64,000 bases of DNA, taken from IMG/VR virus record IMGVR_UViG_3300032268_001483, positions 53,130-117,129 of that record; one strand, given 5' to 3'. The stretch's first letter is position 1. Each line of letters opens with the position of its first letter. The position numbers and the translations under genes are program-made. Below are positions 56,113 to 63,998 of the stretch, piece by piece. The stretch comes from a virus. Below the pieces are notes generated by a model, which worked only from the letters and a program-made list of their open reading frames with translations, was not told where the DNA came from and ran no database searches.

Positions 56113-56745
56113 ATGCCTTTACCACATTTTACCCAACTTCAAATGACTGGATCACCGGGTGGACCTGGAACCACTCCACAAGAACCTGTTTATACAAACC
56201 TGTTTGAGATTTCATTCATTCTACCTGTAATTTTACAAGCTCAGCAAAGAGACCCAATTATGATGCTTCAACAAGCAAAAAAGGTAACTGTTGACTTGAT
56301 GAAAGATATTGGAATGGCAACACAACGTTTCAAATACTCAACAAGAGCATTTATGACTACACCAGAATCAACACACGTTGATTTTACAGTCGATTTCAAT
56401 GTAAATGTGGACCAAAGGGGTAGTGTGACTGTTTGGAATACTTTGAGAGCTTGGTACGACTTAGTTTGGAATTCACAAAATGGTTCACTATTCTATAAAT
56501 CGGATATCATTGGGACAATTATCGTGAATCAACACGATAAAAAGGGTGTTGTACTAAGAAGAGTAAGATTTATTAACTGCCAAATTAAAAGTATTACCGG
56601 AACTGACCTTGATTGGGGAACAGCTGGGATTCAAGACACTGTTACAGCAGCCTTTGTTGCTGATTACTGGACAGATGAATATATTGATGGTGGTTTAGCT
56701 ATATCACCTCCATTCGTAGATGGATATGCACCTGGTGGTGGATAA
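56113..56745 (+). CDS. Tail tube protein (T4 gp19-like)
   Basis: EPVYTNLFEISF, W..LVWN..G, DLDW..F..DYW pattern; multiple late-like promoters upstream and a strong terminator. Confidence 0.75.
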   Translation: MPLPHFTQLQMTGSPGGPGTTPQEPVYTNLFEISFILPVILQAQQRDPIMMLQQAKKVTVDLMKDIGMATQRFKYSTRAFMTTPESTHVDFTVDFNVNVDQRGSVTVWNTLRAWYDLVWNSQNGSLFYKSDIIGTIIVNQHDKKGVVLRRVRFINCQIKSITGTDLDWGTAGIQDTVTAAFVADYWTDEYIDGGLAISPPFVDGYAPGGG

Positions 56746-56752
56746 AAAATTT

Positions 56753-56785
56753 AAAAGTCTGAGAAAAAACTCAGACTTTTTTTTT
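56753..56785 (+). terminator. Intrinsic terminator after tail tube gene
   Basis: AAAAGTCTGAG-aaaaaa-CTCAGACTTTT plus T-run. Confidence 0.8.
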
Positions 56786-56804
56786 CTTTTCAAGAATTTT
56801 ACCC

Positions 56805-56812
56805 TATCTTTG
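56805..56812 (+). promoter_or_regulatory. Possible Bacteroidota -7 promoter element (TAnnTTTG)
   Basis: TATCTTTG 22 nt before the 56835 start; no perfect TTTG -33 element. Confidence 0.45.
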
Positions 56813-56834
56813 TATCAACAAAAATAAGAACTAT

Positions 56835-57254
56835 ATGAACAAAGGACAATTGCAAAATTCCCAAGCTTTAAATTTTATTCTTGCCGGAAACGCCACTGTT
56901 ACATTTCTTAATCCCAAAACTGATAAAAGATTCACCTATAAAATTACTAAACCAAAAGAAAGCGATGCCTTCTTTGTTTCTGTACTAACAAATTCCGATA
57001 CCTATACATTTATGGGTTCAATTCACTCACTTAACTTCAAGTCTTCCAAAAAATCTTCTATATCTGAGTCAGCTCAATCCTTTCAAGTTTTCAATTGGGT
57101 TTTCAATAAACTAAAGGCTAATGACTTACCCGATTTCATAGAAATTTATCACGAAGGTAGATGTGGTAGATGTGGTAGAAACCTTACGGTACCAGAATCA
57201 ATCATCTCTGGATTTGGTCCTGAGTGTGTTAAAAAAATAAAACCCAGTCTTTAA
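56835..57254 (+). CDS. DUF6011-like zinc-finger protein
   Basis: HEGRCGRCGRNLTVPESI..GFGPEC. Confidence 0.75.
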   Translation: MNKGQLQNSQALNFILAGNATVTFLNPKTDKRFTYKITKPKESDAFFVSVLTNSDTYTFMGSIHSLNFKSSKKSSISESAQSFQVFNWVFNKLKANDLPDFIEIYHEGRCGRCGRNLTVPESIISGFGPECVKKIKPSL

Positions 57255-57266
57255 CAACTGGGTTTT
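57239..57266. terminator. Bidirectional terminator-like hairpin
   Basis: AAAACCCAGT-ctttaaca-ACTGGGTTTT at a convergent junction. Confidence 0.7.
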
Positions 57267-57271
57267 TATTT

Positions 57272-58507
57272 TTAAGAGAATAAATCATCCGCACTTACAT
57301 CATCAGAGAATCCATGTTCATCTGCATCAGCATCCATAATTTGCTCGAAATCTTTTTCAACTTGCTCAATTTCATCCAAAGATTTAAATCTAAAGTAATC
57401 ATTCACGATAGGTGCCATCCTTTCTAAAACTTCTCTTGTGAAGACTTCTTCTGTAAAGAGCTGCTTAGTAGTCACAGACTTACCTAAGTGTCTTACAAAC
57501 CAACGGTTACCACCTGGTTTGAATTGCAATTCACCAGTTGACTTATCTACTTCTTCTTTACCTTGTGCAATACCAATCTGGTCAAAAAATTCAGGTCGAC
57601 AGAAAGCGTCTAATCCTGTGAATCTGTTCATTCCTGATATGAATGAAATTTCAAATTTTATTTGTTTTGGTTTAGCTAATCTGTTCTTAGCTGTCTTGAA
57701 GGTAACAACTATACCAGATGCGCCTAAATCCATCTCATCTTCCTCGCCAACTTTTAGTTTAGCTTTACTCATCATGCCGATTACTGAAGAAGAGTACACT
57801 AATGCCTTACCACCTTTGAGAATCTGCTGGGGATACATATTGCCCTGCTCCAAATAAACATGATTGCAAACTACCATTGGTATATCTAAAAATCCCAAAT
57901 CTGTGTTAATAGATCTGAATAAAGCTGCTAAAGATTTTGCACGTGTCATGTCAACCTTAATATTCCCAGATATAAGATCTTCTTTTTCTTTATTCGAACT
58001 CATTTGTCCGACAGAATCAAGAACAATCAAAAATGGATCAATGTTGCCATTTTTAATTTTTTCGTCTTTCAAACTATCCAATAGTTGAGTTAATAAAATG
58101 TTGATGTCCTCGACTTTATTACCTCTGATAAGTTTGAATTTTTCAGGATCATTATCAATTCCATATTTCGGTAGATCTTCCATATTTATACTATATTCAG
58201 TATCTATATAAATGACACCCATCCCACTTCTTTGTGCATTTTTTGCCACTGATAGAGCTATAAATGTCTTCCCCGTTCCGGAATCACCCGCCACTGTAAA
58301 AATTTTTCCATATTCTATTCCCCCGTTTAGCATTCTTGCGCTTAGAGCTGCATTCAATAAATAAACACCTGTGTCTATAAATTTTCTTTCTTTTATTTCT
58401 GATTCAATTACTATAGGAACATTTTTAGAAATATTATTTAACAAATCACCTACTTTTGAAAAGGAAAAACCTTTTTTCTCTGAACTTTTTTCTACTTTTT
58501 TTGCCAT
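57272..58507 (-). CDS. uvsX: RecA/UvsX recombinase
   Basis: AGDSGTGKT Walker A, IDTE, LDSVG, GGKALVYSSS; acidic tail; uninterrupted. Confidence 0.88.
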   Translation of the reverse strand: MAKKVEKSSEKKGFSFSKVGDLLNNISKNVPIVIESEIKERKFIDTGVYLLNAALSARMLNGGIEYGKIFTVAGDSGTGKTFIALSVAKNAQRSGMGVIYIDTEYSINMEDLPKYGIDNDPEKFKLIRGNKVEDINILLTQLLDSLKDEKIKNGNIDPFLIVLDSVGQMSSNKEKEDLISGNIKVDMTRAKSLAALFRSINTDLGFLDIPMVVCNHVYLEQGNMYPQQILKGGKALVYSSSVIGMMSKAKLKVGEEDEMDLGASGIVVTFKTAKNRLAKPKQIKFEISFISGMNRFTGLDAFCRPEFFDQIGIAQGKEEVDKSTGELQFKPGGNRWFVRHLGKSVTTKQLFTEEVFTREVLERMAPIVNDYFRFKSLDEIEQVEKDFEQIMDADADEHGFSDDVSADDLFS

Positions 58508-58528
58508 GTTTTAGTTGTTATTTTTTTT

Positions 58529-58628
58529 TATATATTAAATTACTATTACCCCCTTTTGATTTTTTCTTTGGAATTTTAAAATTTTTTACATAAAAATATT
58601 AAGGGGGGTAATTATTTTTAATATATAG
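58529..58628. promoter_or_regulatory. Divergent late-promoter-like motifs within an imperfect inverted repeat (uvsX / endonuclease)
   Basis: TATATATTAAA..ATTACCCCCTT ... AAGGGGGGTAAT..TTTAATATATA. Confidence 0.6.
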
Positions 58629-58632
58629 TATT

Positions 58633-60237
58633 ATGAATAGACATGAATTTTTAGAGAAGGCAAGGCAGATACACGGATTTAAATATATTTATCCAACTTT
58701 GCCACCAAAATTTGTTTCAAACGACAAAATTGATATCTTATACAAAGATGTGCTTTATAGTCAAACTGTTTCAAAACATCTTATGGGAAGATGTCCGGAA
58801 AAAAATACACCCAAAAAAACCAATCAGGAATTTATATTGGAGGCTCGCAAAATATGGGGGGATAAATATGACTACTCACTAGTTGAGTATGAAGGTGCTC
58901 TAAAAAAAGTAAAAATAATTTATGATGGAATAATATATAATCAAATTGCTATTTCTCATTTGTCCGGTCAATCTGTCGAATTCCAAATGAATCAAGAATC
59001 TTTTATAAAAAAAGCAAAAGATAAGTGGGGTAGTAAATATAATTATTCGCTTGTAAATTATACTAATTGTTACGAAAAAGTTAAGATTATACTGAGTAGC
59101 ACAGGTGATATTTTCGAACAAACTCCATTTAACCATTTATTATATTCACCTGAAAACAAATCCGAGAAGAAAGACACGAATAAATTTATAGATGATAGTA
59201 ATAAAATACATAACCAAAAATATGACTATAGTAAGGTTGTTTATACGAAATCCTCAGAAAAAGTAACAATAATTTGTCCGGAACATGGGGAGTTTCAACA
59301 AGTCGCTAACTCACACATATTAGGAATGGGTTGTAAAAAATGTGGTGACAAATACAAAGATAGAGAATATGCAAAAAAGTACTGTACTAAAGAATTTATT
59401 GAGGCGGCAACTAATCGATGGGGAAAAAAATATGATTATTCATTGGTAGAATATGTAAATGGTAGAACTAAAATAAAAGTAATATATGATGGTATTATTT
59501 ATGAACAAATGCCTGAAATACACTTGAAACACCCACCAGAGGGATTTCTAAATCAAGAAATATTTATAATACGAGCAAAAAATAAATGGGGAGACAAGTA
59601 TGATTATTCACTCGTTGAATTCAAATCTACAAAACATAAAGTAAAAATAATTTTCGATGGAAAAATTTATGAACAATATCCACACAACCATTTTATTTAT
59701 GCTCCGGAATTAAGAAATCAATTAACATTGGAAGAATTCATTTCGAACTCTAAAGAAGTACATGGTAATAAATATTCTTATAATAAATCGATATATACTA
59801 ATTCCATAACAAAATTAATCATAACTTGTCCGTTACATGGTGATTTTTTACAATCACCACTAATACACTTGAATGGTAGTGGTTGTAAAAAATGTAAAGA
59901 AAGTCTTGGTGAAAGAAAAATTTCAAAATTTTTAGAAGAGAATAACATACAATATGAAAGTGAGAAGATTTTCGAAAATTGTAGAAATATATCCTTTTTA
60001 AGATTTGACTTCTACATTCCATCCAAAAGAACCTGTATAGAATTCGACGGTATTCAACATTTCCAACCAGTAGAGCATTTCGGTGGGATAAAAGCTTATG
60101 AGCAACTCAAACAGAACGATAAGATTAAAAATGAATATTGTGAAGAAAATTACATTAATCTAATTAGAATCAGATACGATCAAATTGATAAGATAGAAGA
60201 GATATTAAAAAATAATATATTAAAAAATCCTCTCTAA
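58633..60237 (+). CDS. Free-standing endonuclease: seven DUF723-like repeats + Vsr/DUF559-like nuclease
   Basis: Seven F(I/L)xxAxxx(W/H)GxKYxYSxVxY repeats; SLGE..LRFDFYIP..IEFDGIQHF..LIRIRY. Confidence 0.8.
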   Translation: MNRHEFLEKARQIHGFKYIYPTLPPKFVSNDKIDILYKDVLYSQTVSKHLMGRCPEKNTPKKTNQEFILEARKIWGDKYDYSLVEYEGALKKVKIIYDGIIYNQIAISHLSGQSVEFQMNQESFIKKAKDKWGSKYNYSLVNYTNCYEKVKIILSSTGDIFEQTPFNHLLYSPENKSEKKDTNKFIDDSNKIHNQKYDYSKVVYTKSSEKVTIICPEHGEFQQVANSHILGMGCKKCGDKYKDREYAKKYCTKEFIEAATNRWGKKYDYSLVEYVNGRTKIKVIYDGIIYEQMPEIHLKHPPEGFLNQEIFIIRAKNKWGDKYDYSLVEFKSTKHKVKIIFDGKIYEQYPHNHFIYAPELRNQLTLEEFISNSKEVHGNKYSYNKSIYTNSITKLIITCPLHGDFLQSPLIHLNGSGCKKCKESLGERKISKFLEENNIQYESEKIFENCRNISFLRFDFYIPSKRTCIEFDGIQHFQPVEHFGGIKAYEQLKQNDKIKNEYCEENYINLIRIRYDQIDKIEEILKNNILKNPL

Positions 60238-60248
60238 ACGAGAGGATT
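60226..60248. terminator. Terminator-like hairpin between convergent genes
   Basis: AATCCTCTC-taaac-GAGAGGATT. Confidence 0.65.
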
Positions 60249-60254
60249 ATCTAT

Positions 60255-61358
60255 TTATAAACTTTCCCAAATTTTTTTAAAAAATTCTTTTAGACCAGAA
60301 TTTTCAAATTTATTTTCACAGATAAATGTTAGATTCCTTTGACCTTCTAAATGATTCACCCATTCTGTCACCTTACCATTTTTATCTTTTATGCTCTTTT
60401 TGATGTCTACAATTGAGGCAATCATCCAATCAGAAACACTTTTTACTAAGTTTACTTTTGTTTTGTAATCTTCATTGACGATATCTAATGTTAAAACTTG
60501 ATATCTCCCTTCATTTATATTCAATATGTGTGAAGTTTCACTTGAAATTTCATGAATATTAATACTTGTCTTAATTTGATAATTTCGAAAAACTGATTTT
60601 GTTACTCTTTCAGTTTTATCTATTAAACTTTCATCTAAAATATCAAATAGGAAAGCTTCTTCATAACTTTCTACTACTCTTGAAAGATGTTTGATATTAT
60701 TTTCATTTAAATTAAAATTTATTCCACAATTACCAAGATTTATTAGGGATGATTTTTTTCTATCGGTATATTTTAGATATTCTAAGCTTTCTTCTAATGT
60801 GGTGGAACCATCTATTTCGAGATAAATATCTAAAATATTTTTTGTTTCTTGGTCACTGGTATCATAATGCACTACTCCATTTCCTAATTCTATCTTACCA
60901 TTTCTAATCAATTCGATTAGAGGTTCTTCTGTGTTGAAATAAAGCATTTCATCAGGACTTATAGTTATTTCAGTTTTACTTTCACCTACTCTTGGTGAGT
61001 TAGCATGAAGAGCACCACCGAGATTATTTGTTCTGGAGATTCCATCTCCACCGTTTACTTTGTATTTATTCATAGGTATATCTTTTCCGATTGCTTCTGG
61101 GTTTTCTATAAAATATTCAATCGCTTTTTGTTTCAATTCATCATAAATATCATCCATATTCATTGAATCGATATTTTTTGGTGGTTCTTCGCCTGCTGCC
61201 CTGTATAATAATTTCAAATCGTTTCCTTGAATAATTTGGTCTACATAAGATTTGGCATTTTGTTGAACCACAGGGTTATGTTTTGGTAAAAAATCAATAG
61301 ATGAACTATCTCTATCATCATCAGTCACCATTGATTCAAATTCTTTAAATTTTTTCAT
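60255..61358 (-). CDS. Hypothetical protein, putative internal head protein
   Basis: MKKFKEFES leader; late-like promoter immediately upstream. Confidence 0.7.
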   Translation of the reverse strand: MKKFKEFESMVTDDDRDSSSIDFLPKHNPVVQQNAKSYVDQIIQGNDLKLLYRAAGEEPPKNIDSMNMDDIYDELKQKAIEYFIENPEAIGKDIPMNKYKVNGGDGISRTNNLGGALHANSPRVGESKTEITISPDEMLYFNTEEPLIELIRNGKIELGNGVVHYDTSDQETKNILDIYLEIDGSTTLEESLEYLKYTDRKKSSLINLGNCGINFNLNENNIKHLSRVVESYEEAFLFDILDESLIDKTERVTKSVFRNYQIKTSINIHEISSETSHILNINEGRYQVLTLDIVNEDYKTKVNLVKSVSDWMIASIVDIKKSIKDKNGKVTEWVNHLEGQRNLTFICENKFENSGLKEFFKKIWESL

Positions 61359-61377
61359 AAATCTATATATTAAAATT

Positions 61378-61408
61378 TTTGTTTATAAAAATAATATTTT
61401 TATCTTTG
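61378..61408 (+). promoter_or_regulatory. Canonical Bacteroidota housekeeping-sigma promoter (-33 TTTG, 19-nt spacer, -7 TATCTTTG)
   Basis: TTTG at 61378-61381 and TATCTTTG at 61401-61408 ahead of the 61426 gene cluster. Confidence 0.7.
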
Positions 61409-61425
61409 TTTCATAAATATAGATT

Positions 61426-61767
61426 ATGAGTAAATATGAATTAGGCGATAGGGTTCAATGTGTTAAAGATTTTGAGAAACTCAAAGTCGCTAACACCTAT
61501 TCAATTAACCGATGTGTTGATTTAACAATGAATGCTGGAACAAATTTATCGGGATTTGGATATTGTATAGAGCATTATGAAATCACCTCGATACCTATGC
61601 AAGTTTTTATGCCTGTTGATAGTTCTAGTCCATACGCTTCTTACTTAGATAAAATTGAATGGTATTATTTCACAGAAGAAATGATGGATGAATATTTTAT
61701 TTCAGAAGAAGAAAGCTATAAAGCTTGGCTCAGAAATGATAAAATTAAACAGATAATAAATGATTGA
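61426..61767 (+). CDS. Hypothetical protein with C-terminal RNDKIKQIIND motif
   Basis: 113 aa; SH3-like YELGDRVQC start. Confidence 0.7.
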   Translation: MSKYELGDRVQCVKDFEKLKVANTYSINRCVDLTMNAGTNLSGFGYCIEHYEITSIPMQVFMPVDSSSPYASYLDKIEWYYFTEEMMDEYFISEEESYKAWLRNDKIKQIIND

Positions 61768-62374
61768 TATTTTTGATAAACCAAAATTAGATTTAAATAA
61801 TCTTGTCTGCCATAGTGGTGGTGCGCAGGGAAGTGACTCCTGTTTTGAAAAAATTGGAGAAGAATTTGGTGTAAAAACAAAAGCCTACTCCTATAAAACT
61901 GGGTATCATACTTCACCAAATAAAGTCGAAATATCAGAAGAAGACTATTTTGAGGGTGTTCAAATGATTAAACGGGCTAATTTAACACTAAATCGATGGG
62001 GTATCCATAAGTATATGAATTTATTAGCAAGAAATTGGGCTCAAGTAAAATACTCTAATCAAATTTTTGCTATTGGAACAATCATTGAACCAGGAAAAAA
62101 ATGTTCTAAAGGTTATCAAAATAAGTCAAAGTATCAAATTGTTGCAGGTGGGACAGGATATTGTTGTCAAATGGCAATTGACTCTATGAAAGAAGTCTAT
62201 GTATTTGAACAAAATAGGGAAAAATGGTTTAGGTGGTCTTTCAATGCCCTAAGGTTTGTGGAAGTACAAAGTCCTAAAATTTCTGTCCAAGATTTTGCTG
62301 GAGTTGGTACAAGAGAAATCAATGGAAGTGGAATAAATGCAATTAAAAATCTTTATTCTAAAACATTTTTATAA
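61760..62374 (+). CDS. SLOG-superfamily (YpsA/MoCo-carrier-like) nucleotide-binding protein
   Basis: HSGGAQGSD, GGTG, FAGVGTRE motifs. Confidence 0.6.
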   Translation: MIDIFDKPKLDLNNLVCHSGGAQGSDSCFEKIGEEFGVKTKAYSYKTGYHTSPNKVEISEEDYFEGVQMIKRANLTLNRWGIHKYMNLLARNWAQVKYSNQIFAIGTIIEPGKKCSKGYQNKSKYQIVAGGTGYCCQMAIDSMKEVYVFEQNREKWFRWSFNALRFVEVQSPKISVQDFAGVGTREINGSGINAIKNLYSKTFL

Positions 62375-62426
62375 TTTATTATATAATTGAAAATTTAATT
62401 TTTTAAAAAACAAAAAAAGAATACAC

Positions 62427-62897
62427 ATGAAGAAGGTCGTGATGACAAGAGATGGGTTTAACAAAATGGTTGAAGAGTACCAAAGGATGAGAGGTGACGA
62501 AATGAGGGAACTCTTACAAAATCTAACTGATGCAAGAGAAAAAGGTGATATTAGTGAGAATGCCGAATATGAAGTAGCTAAAGCTGCGCTTGATGATTTA
62601 CACACTAAGATTAAAAGGGTAGGTGAAATGTTAAACAACGTTCAAATTGTTGAGAGTGTTGTTGATGACGGTACTGTACAACTCTTAACTTGGGTAAAGA
62701 TTAAAAATACAAAGACTAATAAAGAAGTTGAATATAAGATTGTACCAGAGAATGAAAGTTCTTTGAAGGAAAATAAAATTTCATCTGAAAGTCCGATAGG
62801 TAAAGCACTACTTAGTAAAAAGATTTCCGATAAAGTTAAGGTGAGGGTGCCGGCAGGTGATTTGGAGTTTGAAGTATTAGATATTAGATGTTTCTAA
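62427..62897 (+). CDS. greA: Transcription elongation factor GreA
   Basis: MTRDG, AREKGDISENAEY, ISSESPIGKALL, VPAG. Confidence 0.93.
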   Translation: MKKVVMTRDGFNKMVEEYQRMRGDEMRELLQNLTDAREKGDISENAEYEVAKAALDDLHTKIKRVGEMLNNVQIVESVVDDGTVQLLTWVKIKNTKTNKEVEYKIVPENESSLKENKISSESPIGKALLSKKISDKVKVRVPAGDLEFEVLDIRCF

Positions 62898-62901
62898 AAA
62901 T

Positions 62902-63414
62902 TTGAATAAAAGATTAAAATCTCATAGAATGGGGTATACAAGATATTGGAAAATAGAGGCGGATTTAGACCCTGAAAAGTTTATAACTTATTCGCAGACT
63001 TGTAAAATAGTTTGCCAAGAGTGGGAAAAGATTCAGATTGAATATTATCTTTCTGAAGGGAATTCTTTAGAGTTATCTCAACATAAATCTAAGATATGTG
63101 ATTGGGATGGTAGAGGAGAACCACAATTTTCTGATACAGGAATCTCGTTTAATGGATCTCGTTCAGATGATGATAGATTACCTGACTTGAGCCATGAGAC
63201 TTTTTGCATTAGTTTAATTGGCAGAGAATTCAACTTTTGTAAGACTGCAAGAAAGCCTTATGATAGTTATGTTTTTATTTGTCTTTTTTTAGCCAAACAC
63301 ATTTTTGGTGAACAAATTGAGGCTAGATGGGATGGTTCGAATAATGAAGAATTAGTTGAACCTTTCATCAAATCTTTTTTGAGGGATAGAAATATAGATT
63401 TTCTAATTTCTTAG
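62902..63414 (+). CDS. Conserved hypothetical protein (GYTRYW...HETF...FCKTARKPYD family) with C-terminal RDRNIDFLIS motif
   Basis: Motifs seen in translation; the true start may be the internal Met (MGYTRYW). Confidence 0.7.
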   Translation: MNKRLKSHRMGYTRYWKIEADLDPEKFITYSQTCKIVCQEWEKIQIEYYLSEGNSLELSQHKSKICDWDGRGEPQFSDTGISFNGSRSDDDRLPDLSHETFCISLIGREFNFCKTARKPYDSYVFICLFLAKHIFGEQIEARWDGSNNEELVEPFIKSFLRDRNIDFLIS

Positions 63415-63431
63415 TATGTAAATAACCTATC

Positions 63432-63998
63432 TTAACTTATTTTAGTATATCCATAATATATTGTTACAGTTGAAACACTGTTATTGGTTATACCAAATGT
63501 AAAGGTGTTTGAATTCGTCACAGCCAGCGATGTAGTAATAATACTTCCCGCAGTTCCAACTATATGACTTGGTATTGATGTCAAAACTAAAGCATTTCCA
63601 TCAGTATAATACCACCCATACTGTACACCTATTGCAGGTACATTTGTGTTTGATAATGTTACTGTGGCGTTCCAATTAACAATACCATTTGGGATATTCC
63701 CATTTACCCACATAATATATGATTCACCCGCAGTAACTGTAAAGCTAACAGTATTTGAGCCCGTAGATAAAGTCCAACTTCCTATAGTAGGAGATAACCC
63801 GCTAGAACCAGTTGATCCTTGTGGTCCAGTTGGTCCTTGTGGTCCAGTAGCACCGATTGGACCATCATTACCAGTAGCACCTGTTGGACCGATTGGGCCA
63901 TCATTACCCGTTGGACCGATTGGGCCATCATTACCCGTTGGACCGATTGGGCCATCATTACCCGTTGGACCGATTGGGCCATCATTACCCGTTGGACC
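63432..63998 (-). CDS. Collagen-like fibre protein, 5'-truncated by the window end
   Basis: Hand translation: frame open from the window edge, (GNDGPIGPT)n-[17 protein letters not shown] then a beta-rich C-terminal domain that includes the 63432..63713 ORF. Confidence 0.85.
   Translation of the reverse strand, partial: GPTGNDGPIGPTGNDGPIGPTGNDGPIGPTGNDGPIGPTGATGNDGPIGATGPQGPTGPQGSTGSSGLSPTIGSWTLSTGSNTVSFTVTAGESYIMWVNGNIPNGIVNWNATVTLSNTNVPAIGVQYGWYYTDGNALVLTSIPSHIVGTAGSIITTSLAVTNSNTFTFGITNNSVSTVTIYYGYTKIS

Noticed and set aside
268-60022. Numerous short overlapping ORFs in the track (e.g. 268..462, 2325..2561, 8422..8652, 32886..33383, 39005..41455, 57438..58088)
   Set aside because: They are antisense or alternate-frame shadows of well-supported longer genes and have no recognisable motifs.
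63782-63985. ORF with repeated MMAQSVQRV
   Set aside because: It is an out-of-frame reading of the collagen repeat; the G-X-Y frame is continuous with 63432..63713.
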